Assembly (NCBI GenBank): GCA_965153455.1
Contig: OZ234493.1
Coordinates: forward strand, 6,562,213-6,626,212
Source: Sphagnum compactum
Taxonomy: Eukaryota
Direction: 5' to 3'
Length of the DNA: 64,000 nt
The position numbers were made by a program, and so were the translations under genes. Shown in pieces: positions 1 through 11,700 of the stretch (its first letter is position 1; the number at the start of each line of letters is the position of its first letter). The notes below the pieces were generated by a model that saw nothing but the letters and a program-made list of their open reading frames with translations, was not told where the DNA came from and did not search any database.

Positions 1-746
1 GAAAATTTGAAAATATGAAAAAAGATGTAAAACATAAGTTTGATATTATTCTTTTACATTGTAGTTAGCTAGTATTTAAATTTGACAAAATACCAACATA
101 GATTTTAAAATCAATACTCTAAAAAATACAACAAATAAATACCATGATCTAACAAAAATGGTCTATTTATTGAACGTTTGGCATGTGTGTAAATGAATTT
201 CTTGATATGGGAGGCTCAAATTTTTCATTGGTTTGATGATTATTGTGTCCATGGGTGAAAACATGGTAAAGTAGACTAAAAAAATAGTTATTTCCAAAGT
301 AGTTAAAAAATGGTCTAGTTTTTGACAATAGTAGAAGAAAGTAGATTGAAAATAATTTAAAATAACATAATAAAAGCATGGTGCCTTTTTTTGAGTTTAT
401 AATGAGGTGATTACAACATTTGAAAAACTTTGGCACAATAAAAATAGATAACAAGTATGTTAAAAAATGACTAGATAAATTGAATTTCAAACCTACTTTT
501 CCATTGAAAATTTGATGTATTCTATTATAATATTTCAATTTTAAGAATTTACAAGTACATTTTAGGGCTACATTGTGTTGAAAATGGAGAATATTCAATA
601 ATTCATCTACTTTCACCTACTTGTATAAGTTTGGATAAATAAAAAAAGTAAAAAAAGTGACAATTATTTTTTAAAATATACTTGAATGCATATTAGATAT
701 CTGATTAATCAACATCATTGTGATAAAATTAAAGATTATCCTCATG

Positions 747-2197
747 TTATGTACTAGTTAGAATCCTCCCTTCAACCCAAAGGTTCAAGGTTTAATCATT
801 TTCCCAATTTTTTTTTCCGACAAACAAAATGAATGAAAAAAATCCATAGAACATTTGAATATTTTTTAAAATTAGTTGCCTTTAGGAAGTAACTTCTCCA
901 AACAAAAGAAAACTAAATGTCAGTCCCAAACAAATTCCCCTTGCAATAAGAAAAGTTCCTTGGTGAAAAATACAACTTCTCCGAGGAATAATGAATTTTC
1001 CTTGGGGAAGGGCCCAAGTTCCCCAGGGAGAGGGCACCTTCCTTGGGGAATAATGTACTTTCCCCAGGAAAGGCTTAAGTTCCTTGGGGAAACATATGTT
1101 TCGAATTTTCTTACAATCGTAGTCAGTTCATTTTTTTAACATATAGTCTTGCAACTTATCATTGGAAATGATTAGAGGAGAATTACAACTTTGTAATTGA
1201 AAGCACTTTAATTAGAACTCATATGCAAAAGTTATGATCAAATAAAATTTCAAACACATTTGTTCCCCAGGGCAACTTAAGCTCTTACTCCTCAGGGGAT
1301 ATGATTGTTTCTGAGGGAAAAAAACGTTTAAATTTCTCCCTAGGGCAATTTAAACTCCTTGTCCTCGGGGACATGATTGTTCCCGAAGGAACAATGAACT
1401 TCCCCCGGGGAAAGGCCCAAGTTCCCCAAGGAAACATATGTTCTGAATCTTTTAGCAATCACAGCCATCTCATACTTGTCTTTATATAGGCTTGTGACCT
1501 ATCATTGGAAAGGTTTTAATGAGCGGTACAACTTTGTAGTTGGAAGCACTTCAATCAAAACTCAAATGCAAAAGTTATGATCACACAATGTTTGGGATGT
1601 AGTTGTTCCCTAGGGGAATTATTCCCTTGGGCACACATGGTTGGCTCTTGGGGGAGCAATTCCCAGGGGGAACAACCTAAACCACGTTCCCTTGGAGAGC
1701 AACCATGTTCCCTCGGGGAGCAAATGTGTTTGAAACTTTGTTTAATCATAATTTTTGCACATGATGTCTAATTAAATTTTTTTTCAACTATAAAGTTGTA
1801 TCTCTCCTCAAAACCTTTCCAATGATAGGTCGCAAGCCTATATAAAGATAAATATGAGATGATTATGATTGTTAAAAGATTTTGAACATATGTTTCCCTA
1901 GGGTATTTGGGCGTTTCCCTGGGGGAAGTTCATTATTCCCTATGGAAGTTGGCTTTTCCCCTGGGAACAATCATGTTTCAGAGAGAAAAAGCTTAAGTTG
2001 CCCTGGAATAATCATGTTTCGGGGAGAAGGAATTTTTTCTCCCTTGAAAACATGGTTGCTCTTCAGGACAACTTAAACCCCTTTTAACCTCGAGAATTTG
2101 TTTTCATCCATTTTGTTCATGGATGAAAAAAATAATTCAGGAAAAGGTTTGAACCTAGGACCTTTGGGCTATAAGGGGGATTCTAACCACTATATTA
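747..2197. mobile_element. Foldback/MITE-like palindromic element with tRNA-like termini and many internal GTTCCCCNGGGG-type motifs
   Basis: 750-850 matches the reverse complement of 2090-2197; 1090-1270 and its copy at ~1420-1590 match the reverse complement of ~1715-1905. No TSD resolved. Confidence 0.75.
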
Positions 2198-3760
2198 ATT
2201 TCTTTCCTTTGAAAATAATATTAAAAAATGGTATTTTAACCATCCCCCATTGTGCAGGTATAGTTCAAAAAATTTGAATTTTTTTTTTCCTGCCAGGCAC
2301 TATACTATATTATATTACAATTGTGTTGAGCTCAGTGCCGCATTTAACTCGTTGCACTTTTTAGTGCTTGCCATCCTTATTATGTTAAAAGTATCCCAAT
2401 TTAGCTTGTAATTACCCTTTAGTTATGTGTAATAGACTTTGTCTTAAACTAGACTAGTTCAAAATTCTTGGTGAAAGTGACTAGCATTGAAGGTTTAAAA
2501 ATTGAAGAACTTGTCTCAAGACCAAATTGGGGGTTCCATTTTTTAAAAAACCAAGATGAAAGGTTCCTTTGGAAATCAAGGTTCATTTTGAGTGAAACCC
2601 AAAGTTCTACTCTTGGGTTTTACTATCTTTGCACTTAAAATAATAAGTGGATAAGCAAGTGAGAGCTTTACTATTTGGAAAGCCCAACATCTTTGATTTA
2701 CAATTATGTTTTAACAATTTTCAATTATATGACGTTGCTCAAGTGGCAATCATCCATGAGTATGTTTAGCCAAATTTGGCAAGATTCAAAATATGAAAGT
2801 AAAAAATCTTAAGTGCCCATTCTTATTATAGGCAATTGTGACAATGCATGGTGATTATTTCAATTTAAAAAACATTGTAACCAAAAAAAGTTCAAAAGAA
2901 CAGGGAATGTTCGACAAAATATTCCAATTTCTATGCAAAATGCTGAGCACTCACTGATCTGTATCCTCAATGTTTTCTTAATTTCAATTTTATGATGTTT
3001 TAGGGTGGCGAAAAACTCACTGATCTGCGTTCTCAATGTACCCAAAATGTGTTTCCACTCTCTCAATGTCCTGCTTTATGTCCACCAGCTTTGAAAAGCC
3101 TTTGCCCCGGCCTGCCATTTGGATGTTCATTTACCCTTGTAGCTTGAGTGTCTTCTTGGAGCTCCTGAGTAAAAGAAATCATAAGCTATAGCTGCTCTAC
3201 ATCATTTCATGTCCAAAACTATTTCAAGATTTGTTGGACAATCTCTTAGGACCTAGAAACCCAGAAACTTAAAACCTAAAAATCCTAAACCTAGGATCCT
3301 ATGACTTGGACCCCTTACAAAGGCCCTTAAGACCCGACAAGTCTAGTTTGAAGGTAGGCCTGGGTTCACATAGACGCATCAATCCAGTTCTAAAGCTGAG
3401 TTCAAGTCCATCTAAACCTGCCAGATCCAGTTATAAGTCTAGGTCCATGTAGACCCGGACTCAGACCTGACCGAAAACCAGACCAACACTGGTAAATACA
3501 TTTTCAAATGTTTTTAGTGTAATTGGAGAGCCTGCTGTCACCAAAAAGAGAGGGTGCAAGATCAAACAACACCCTGACCTACTGTATGGGTCTAAGCAAC
3601 GTTGTAATTTCTGAGCTTCTGGGACAAAACACAACCACTGATCCTTTTCCTCATACTTCGTCTCTGAGTATTCCTGTATGCATTCTCTGATCAATAATCA
3701 GACACAGCTTCTACGCATACAAATCGGCAGAATAGAATTGCAGAAACCAACGCTCACATC

Positions 3761-4001
3761 TCGCATTCACAAAAATTGCCAGAGAGTACAAGCTTTCTGA
3801 CTCCAGAATACTCATCAAAGTTCAGACTCCTATTGAGGTCTAGCCCTTCATATGTGCATCATCATCTGCTTGGCCAAGTTGCTGGCGCAGCGGAGAATTC
3901 TAACAACCAGCCAAGTCCTCTAAAAACAGAACTCTACACTTTGCATTCACAAAGATAACAAGAGAGTACAAGCTTCCTTACTCCAACATGTTCCTCAAAG
4001 A
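3761..4001. repeat. Degenerate direct duplication, 180-bp period
   Basis: GCATTCACAAA...AGAGAGTACAAGCTT(T/C)CT(G/T)ACTCCA occurs at 3763-3806 and 3943-3986. Confidence 0.6.
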
Positions 4002-6061
4002 TCAAACAACTACTCAGTCAAAAATTGCTCTCCCCAAAAACAGACTTCTCAATCTATCTATCCATGCACCTCTATGTTCATCTGCCACCTTCCGCTCCCT
4101 CCTTCTACAGGATCGATCCTTGATCAGTCCTATACACACCAGATCATGGAGCTGGACACCCTCTAGTTACTAACGCATCGAAAAAAATCAGCCCCCAGCT
4201 ATCCCCAAGCTCCAGTGTTTTCTGTCTATATCCCCTCCCATCCGACGAGCTCTACTCTTCTTCTCCTCTCCTCCTTTCCCGCTTCCTCCTTCTACAGCAT
4301 CATCAGCCGCCGTCAATCCCTCCACTTTCGCTCATTAATGCAGCTCCTCTCCTCACCATCATTCGCGCCGCCTTCTTCCTGCACTCATATCACACACCCC
4401 CAAAGAGAGACCTCCCCATGCATTCCATGCACACCGTCACTAACCTCCTGTCCCAAAATTAATAAACCCCGCCGTCATTCATTAAGAAAGTTGACGGCAG
4501 GCTTAACCCCTTAAACCCTCAAAATGAAATCAGCATTCACATCGCAGAGATAATCAAAGACCAACTGTTCGGTCACTCCCTTTCCGGTCACACTGCTACT
4601 CAACATATTTTTTTCTCTGGGACGTTTCAAAAAGAATTGCCCATTCCAATATAGTTGCCAATACAACAGAGAAAATTAAAAAGAGAAATTAAAGCAAGGC
4701 TTTATGCGCAGTAAAACCTGGAGTTGAGGGCTTTACCCTACACATCAAGTTCTGGAGTTATAGGTTATGACCACAATCTTCTTGTTGTCATCATATGCTC
4801 ATAATGGTGACCAAAATCTTTGTTTAACATGAATTTTTAAAAAATTGTTGAATCTTCCATCCCAGACCTTGATGTAATAGAATGGTCTAGCCCTTTCCCA
4901 TTAATTTATGTGTGTTGCTAAGTTCGCCCCAAGGGGCTTGCATGCCACCAATTCCAACATAATGGGTAGGGGCTTGACCAATCAATAGTAGCACTTCACA
5001 TAACATTTCCTATACTAAGACCCACTTTAGACCAGTAGTCACAAGGGCCAATAAATCTTGGGGCCAATAATGGGAAATTTGAGCACTTCTTGACTCCTTG
5101 TTTGGTCTCAAATTATTAATTTTAAAAATTATTTGTTTGGGGACCAATGAGTTCATTTGTAAAGCCATTAAGGTCAAAAAATAGAGATCAAGGTTTCAAC
5201 TTTTCAAATGTTTTCATTTGATTTTGCTTGATATCACTCTTCTTCTCATCTTTGTTTCTTTTCTCATCCTAAACCTTCAAAGTTAAACCACCATGGATGA
5301 CCCTATACACAAGATTCTTGTACTTCTTGTGTTTTTTATGGCCATATCCCAAGTAGAAAAAATAAAAGCCCCCTCCATCATCCACAAACAAGCATAGAAG
5401 CTCCACAAGAGAGAAAAAAGAAATGAAAAAAAAAATAGAAGACATAGAGAGTTTGATTTAGGGTTTATTTTGATCTTACAATGTGGATTTCATCAAAATA
5501 ACAATATTATATTCCAGCAACATTGGTCCTAAGGGTTGTAAATTGGCCTCCCAAGCTGATAGGTATCCTTTTTCTGCTTTGGGGTCAAGTCAGGGCCATA
5601 AAGTGGTAGATTAAAAAAATGATTTTCTTTGTCAGCCTTGAACTCCTAGGGTAAAACCATTGGGGCTGATTTCAGTGATTGCAACAATGAGAAAACTTGA
5701 TTTGAGTTCAACCTTGGCCTAAGTGGGCCTAACTGATACTGGTTTGAACTTGCCATAAGGGGCACAGCCATTAGGCAAGATAAGGCACCTGTAAGTTGTT
5801 ACTTACTGCTGAGTCCGGACAAAATGAAAACTGATCAGATTTCAACCTAATTTCCATTTCAAATTTTACGATGATAAAATATTATGAATAGGTACATTGT
5901 AGATTACCATAGTACATGAACGGTTTTGGCATAATTAATTTTATTTATTTTGCCAAATTCTTGAAAAATTATTTAGTACTGTTGTCAAAAATTTAATTAT
6001 TATTGTAAAATTAAATTTCGAAGTATTCGACTGTTGGGTTTGAACTTCAGACAGTCTTGAC

Positions 6062-7023
6062 CAGTGTTGTGCGTGTAATTGTCAATAGCTGTATATACAG
6101 CATGTAAATCCAGTGTAAGTGTAAATCATTTACACTTACAAGTCCAAATTTTGCACATTTACACTTATCCTGTTGCAGTGTATATATTTTCTTTTACACT
6201 TACATGGCCCTGTGTAAATGTTTTGGGCCGTGTAAGTGCAAATACTAAAATTATTTGTAAAGTCACCCTGACTTTGAGCCTCCTTTCACCCAAACCCTTT
6301 TTTTCAGGAGTATCCATAAAGTAAGGAAATTTTATTAAATCTGGGAATGAAATGCCCAAGGTTCAAGACTAATTATAGTAGCTTTACAAGTAGGAGCAGT
6401 GAAAACATATGCAGCAACAGTGGAGGTGCTAAAGAAAAAGGAAAGACACTGTGAAACTAAGTTCACCACAAAAACTAAGGTTGGGGGACCCTTGAATGTG
6501 AATGTTTTTTACTTTTTTGAATCTCAACCTATTTGTGATCAAACTCAGGGTTCTAGTGTTGTTTTCCTTACTTTGTAGATAATTTTATTATATATCTTTA
6601 ATGAAGAGACCTTCTTCCAAAGTCATATGAACCAGTTGTGGATTTTGATGGTTTTTTAATTTTTTTGCTATGGGCCATTTAGCTGGCTTAACTTCAAAAA
6701 CATTATGAAATCTCCCCACCTCAAGTAAAAATCACATTTTTTACATTGTGATATATTTGCATTGTTTTACATAGTCATGTAAAATCATATAAATATATAT
6801 ACTTTACATCTATATTGTTTTATCAAACTGCATAAAACAAATTTTAATTTTTTTACACTTACGCTGTTTTACATGGCATAAAATAAGTTGACATGATTTT
6901 ACACTTACACAAATGTAAATGAATATTATACACTTACACTTGCACAGAGTGTAAATAAATTTCATTATGGGATTTACACTTGCAAGGAGTGAAAGTCCCA
7001 AACCATTTACACGCACCACATTG
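6062..7023. mobile_element. Non-autonomous hAT-type MITE
   Basis: TIR CAGTGTTGTGCGTGTAA vs reverse-complemented right end CAATGTGGTGCGTGTAA (15/17). 8-bp flanks GTCTTGAC / GTCTAGAA (6/8). Many subterminal TGTAAGTGTAAA / TTTACACTTACA motifs. Confidence 0.8.
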
Positions 7024-8759
7024 GTCTAGAAACACTTAGACTGCCCCCACAAAGGCATGTTTATTATTTTTTATAAACATTATGTGCTGAAAACTTCAGG
7101 ATCAAAAACCAACTGTCGAAGTTAAGATTTGAGATTTAATTAATTATTCAACAGTTTGTTTGTTGCCGAATCCGTTCGGGTACTATGGTACTTGGTCATT
7201 TTGGTGAATTTGAGCCATCCACAGTCCGGCAGGTCTGGTGCCAGAGGGGTAGCGCGAGAAAAGGAATATCTCCAGTGTCAAGCCAGATCTGAGCCGTTCA
7301 TATTTTGTGTGATAAGGACTGTGTCACGTACGACGGCTTATGTCGAGATCTGTAATAAGGACGGATTATAAATTATAACGTCCACTCATCTCTAGAATCC
7401 ATACACCAGACGTCAAACAGGATAATAGTAATCTAATATTAAAAACAATATATTCACCTTATTACGCAGGGAAATCGCTGTGTAGCCAGTTAGAATCAAA
7501 TCTTGTCCGTCTGATAGACCACAGACTGACGCTTTAGGACAAGAGCCAGGTTATTAGGCTAGCTAGTAGGTACTAGTAAGTAGGCAGTAGCTACATATTA
7601 TTTCACAATTAGCTTAATTGAAAGTCATATGTGATATTTTTTATACAACTATTAACTATACCTAGGCTGCTGCAGGCAGTGTTTTTTGGCCACTTATCAA
7701 AGTTTTTCCTTTTATTAATTTTCCAAAAAATTGCCAGATTGTGACACTGTTTTAAGTCTTGTGGCAGTTTGTTCACTACTTTATTTCGAATTTGGACAGT
7801 TTTCTCTAAATGTTGTCAGCAATGAATGTCCTACTGATGTTAGGTTGAAAAAGAGCTGATAACAAAACACTTGTCACAAATCCGGGTTTATTTGCTCTGA
7901 AAAGGTTGAGATCAGGGTTTTTTTTCCTTTTTTTTTCCCCCATTTTATTGAAAATAATTTGTCTACTCCAGGGCTAGCAAATTAGCCTAATGGCAACATA
8001 GCTCAAGATTTTGCAGAAATTTAGGGCTTGTTATTGAATTTGGATATGTCAAAATGGTTATTTGAAAAATTCATCACATAGTTCAAGTGGTTACAATGCA
8101 AACATAAAAGGGAAAATTTGTAGGTTAAAAGTCATTTTTTACTAGAAGTGATGTGGTTAAACAAATCAAACTTGAGGACAAAAGAGGTTAAACAATGTCG
8201 ATGAAATGTATTTTTTTGGTCTTGACTAATATTTAAGATATCTAAACTCCAAAGCCACCTACAATGTGGCATACAAATTACAATTGGCAAATAAGTTATA
8301 ATAGATAAGACAATGGTTTAAATCAATGTTGGGCAAATATTCAATATCTTATCCAAGTCAAACATTAATAGCAACAAAGGAGTTTTTGAGTCTATCAAAT
8401 TGTGCATCTACAATTGCAATAGAAGCAACATTGTGATGTCCTTTGAAACAAAAAAACAAAATAGATGGAACATTGTGATATCTAAGGTGATATTTTCATT
8501 ATCAGATTTCAAGGTTATGAAATTTGAACATGTAATATTCACATTTTAATCAAATGTCACAAATTGTGAAATAGAATAAGATATCAATTCATTATCCAAA
8601 TTTGGTTATCAAGTCAGGTAGTTAGGTTTGAGTAAAGAAACACCAATTTGAAGGTTTTAGGCAACTACAACTCAAAACGTGGTTGCTTCAAACCCTATGC
8701 ATTGCACTATTAGTTTATAAAGGGCTCACACTAGGGCCCCATCTATTTTGTTTTTTATT

Positions 8760-8930
8760 TTTTTGCTTCCCTTCACATTATTGTTGCTACTTCCATTTGT
8801 GCTACTACTACTGCTTCCCTTCACATTGTTATTGTTACTTCCTTTCATGCTACTACTATTACTTCCCTTAACACTATTGTTACTATTGTTAAGATTTTAC
8901 TACTTTTAGACTACTACTATTGTTAAGCTT
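8760..8930. repeat. Low-complexity (CTA/TTG) minisatellite
   Basis: Repeated TGCTTCCCTTCACATT..TTG and CTACTACTA units. Confidence 0.6.
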
Positions 8931-9169
8931 CATGTTTTAGGTATAAGTTGTTCTTTCATGCTATTGTTGTGCTTCCCTTCATGCATGTTATTAAAGCTTG
9001 TATTGCCCTCCCTTTTTCTTGCGCATTCTATGATGTAAATGTTTGCATTAGTTTTTTTAAAACATCCATACTTCACCCTAAACCTTAGACCAAGACATTT
9101 GTTTGCAAAACGTTTTGTTTGTTTGAGTTCTTTGCTCTTGGCCTTGTTGAACATCTTGTGAAAAATGAA

Positions 9170-9600
9170 AGGTTCTAGTAGGAATGAAAATAGATTAATC
9201 CAAGATGAAGGATGTGTGTTTTTGAATGAAGTTAAACATGAAGGTGAAGTATTGGAAGAAATTCAAGAAGATCCAAATTTACAAAGTAAAGAAAGCAAAG
9301 TTCTCAAAAAAAATTGAAAGAATTAAACAAAATTTCAAATTATTGCATTTTTAAAGGAAAAAATGGAGACTTCAAAGAAAGAATGCCTTATGTTGGTCAA
9401 AAAAATTTATGTGCATAAATAACACTTGATGCACCTCAAATCATGCGTTGTATGTGTGTTATTCCAATCATGTCATTTTAAAACCCAGGAATGAAATTTA
9501 AAAAGGGTTTAATAAAGGGTAAGACAAATGGAATAACATGTTTATATTGATGTAGACCATTCAAAAATTTTGAGAGAATTTGAAAAGAATAGATATTTAA
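9170..9600 (+). pseudogene. Highly degenerate BED-finger (hAT transposase N-terminus) relic
   Basis: Frameshifted translation gives PQIMRCMC...KGLIK..KTNGIT....VDH, resembling BED fingers of plant hAT transposases. Confidence 0.35.
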
Positions 9601-10761
9601 TTAAATTTGGGCTTAAATGTTATTTTTGGACTTAATTCAACTTTTTTTATGGCCTAAAACCATTGAATTTTCAAACAAGTGACACAAAATTGTTATTCTT
9701 TCTTCATTTTGAAATGAATTATTTTGAAATTGGATGTTGATGAACAAAACTTGACCAAAATTACCAATGTCTTACAATATAATACTTCATCAAAGATATT
9801 GAAATGTTTAACAAAGTAATATAAATTTAAGAAAAATGATACTTAAGTCATCAAACTATAACATATGTAACATCTAGTGGCCACCAAATGCCTATATATA
9901 TATGATATTTCTTCAAAGATATTGAAAGATCTAACTAAAGTATTATCATTAAAATTTATTTTTTAATGATACTGTAATTTATTGATATTCACAACAAATA
10001 TTAATTTATTGAAAATCATCTATTAACTTAATAACAACATGAATTTCAACACAAAATATGAAAATAGTTGGTTATATTACCAAGAAATGTTATTAGAAAT
10101 ATACTAGTCAATATATTCCACAAACATAATAGATCTTTCAAAAAACCAATTATTTTAATCATCATAATGATATCAACACTTGATGTCTTTACACGTGGTT
10201 AACTTCATTCGCCACATCAATGTTTGCTCTAGCCTAACTAGCATGCAAATCGCAAATCGTTATGATATTGTCCATGGTTGTATTTTTCTTAACAAGAAAT
10301 GAAAAAACAATATAATCAAGTCCACCCATTGCATTGGGTCTGCTAAGTTGCATTTCCACCTCCCTTGCCAACAATATCAATACAACACAACATCATTGCA
10401 TGTTCTTTACTTGAAGGGCACCCACCATTAAACATGCACAATTCAATAATGTCCATCATTCCACTAATAGAAATCAACCAAAATGTAACCACTCCATTTA
10501 CGACCATGCGACTTGTAGTCGTTTGCAACTAGATTTGAGAATATTTGCAACTACAAGCCCAAATTTCAACTATTTTGGTCATTCTCACAACTATGATGCA
10601 ACTATTAAAATTTTCATCCTATTGGTTGGATTGATTTTACATTTATTTTCATCCATTAATAAGTTGATATGTCCCATTAGTCGCAATAATCACCAAATTA
10701 GTTGCATCCTAAAGGTATTCTACAGTGACATAAAGGTGTATTTTAATGTATGTACAAACAT

Positions 10762-10764
<3 letters not shown>

Positions 10765-10806
<42 letters not shown>
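10765..10806. repeat. (AT)21 microsatellite
   Basis: Perfect AT dinucleotide run. Confidence 0.95.
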
Positions 10807-10812
<6 letters not shown>

Positions 10813-10859
10813 TGTTCATATAAGAAATCTCAAACTTAATATTTAAACATTGTATTTTT

Positions 10860-11700
10860 TATTCAAATCTGAAAATTGTTATTTTAATTGTTTAAAACAT
10901 TATTTGATATTTGAATTGTAAAGTAATATTTTTGAATCCAAAAATTAATATTTCAATTCAAAAAATAATTAATTGATTATAAAAATGGACATTTTTCATT
11001 TTGAATATTTTTATATGAATATGGAAATTTATATTTCCACTCTGAAAATTTTGCATTTAAAATTTAAATAATCATTTGATTTGAACCTGAAATTTCAATT
11101 CCAAATTATTATTTAAGATTCCCAAAATTAATACTTCCAATTTGAAAATTATTAAATGAGTCTAAAACTGGACATTTCAATGTTGAATATTGTTATTTGA
11201 ATCTAAAAATTGACATTTCAATTCTGGAAATTGTTATTGAAATTAAAAAAACTTATTTGATTTAAAAGTTGATATTTGAATGCGAAATTATTATTTGCAA
11301 ATCTAAAAATTATTATTTCAATTCAAATAACATTATTGAGTCTAAACATTGACATTTTGATTTTAAATATTTTTATTTGAACTTGAAATTTGATATTTGA
11401 ATTCTGAAGTTTTAAATTTAAATTTTAAGAAATTATTTGACTTGAAAGCTGAAATTTGAATTCCAAATTATTATTTTGGATTCTGGAAATTAATATTTAA
11501 ATTCAGAAAATTATGAATTGAGTCTTAAAATTGACCTTTTAATTTTGAATATTATTATTTGAATCTGAAAATTGACATTTCAGTTCTGAATTTTTTTTAT
11601 TTAACTTCCAAAAACTTATTTGATCTAAAAATTGATATTTGAATTCTGAATTACTATTTTGGAATCTTAAATTTATATTTTAATTCAAAAAATTAATGAG
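10860..11700. repeat. Degenerate AT-rich tandem array (~35-40-bp units) inside the CACTA element
   Basis: Recurrent TTATTTGAATCT(G/A)AAAATTGA(C/T)ATTTCAATTC units. Confidence 0.75.

Noticed and set aside
167-616. 149-aa minus-strand ORF
   Set aside because: Non-ATG start, K/F/L/N-biased composition typical of AT-rich non-coding repeat, no motif.
4468-4501. Hairpin CCGCCGTCA...TGACGGCAGG as a terminator or Helitron end
   Set aside because: Eukaryotic context, no U-tract and no adjacent CTRR end.
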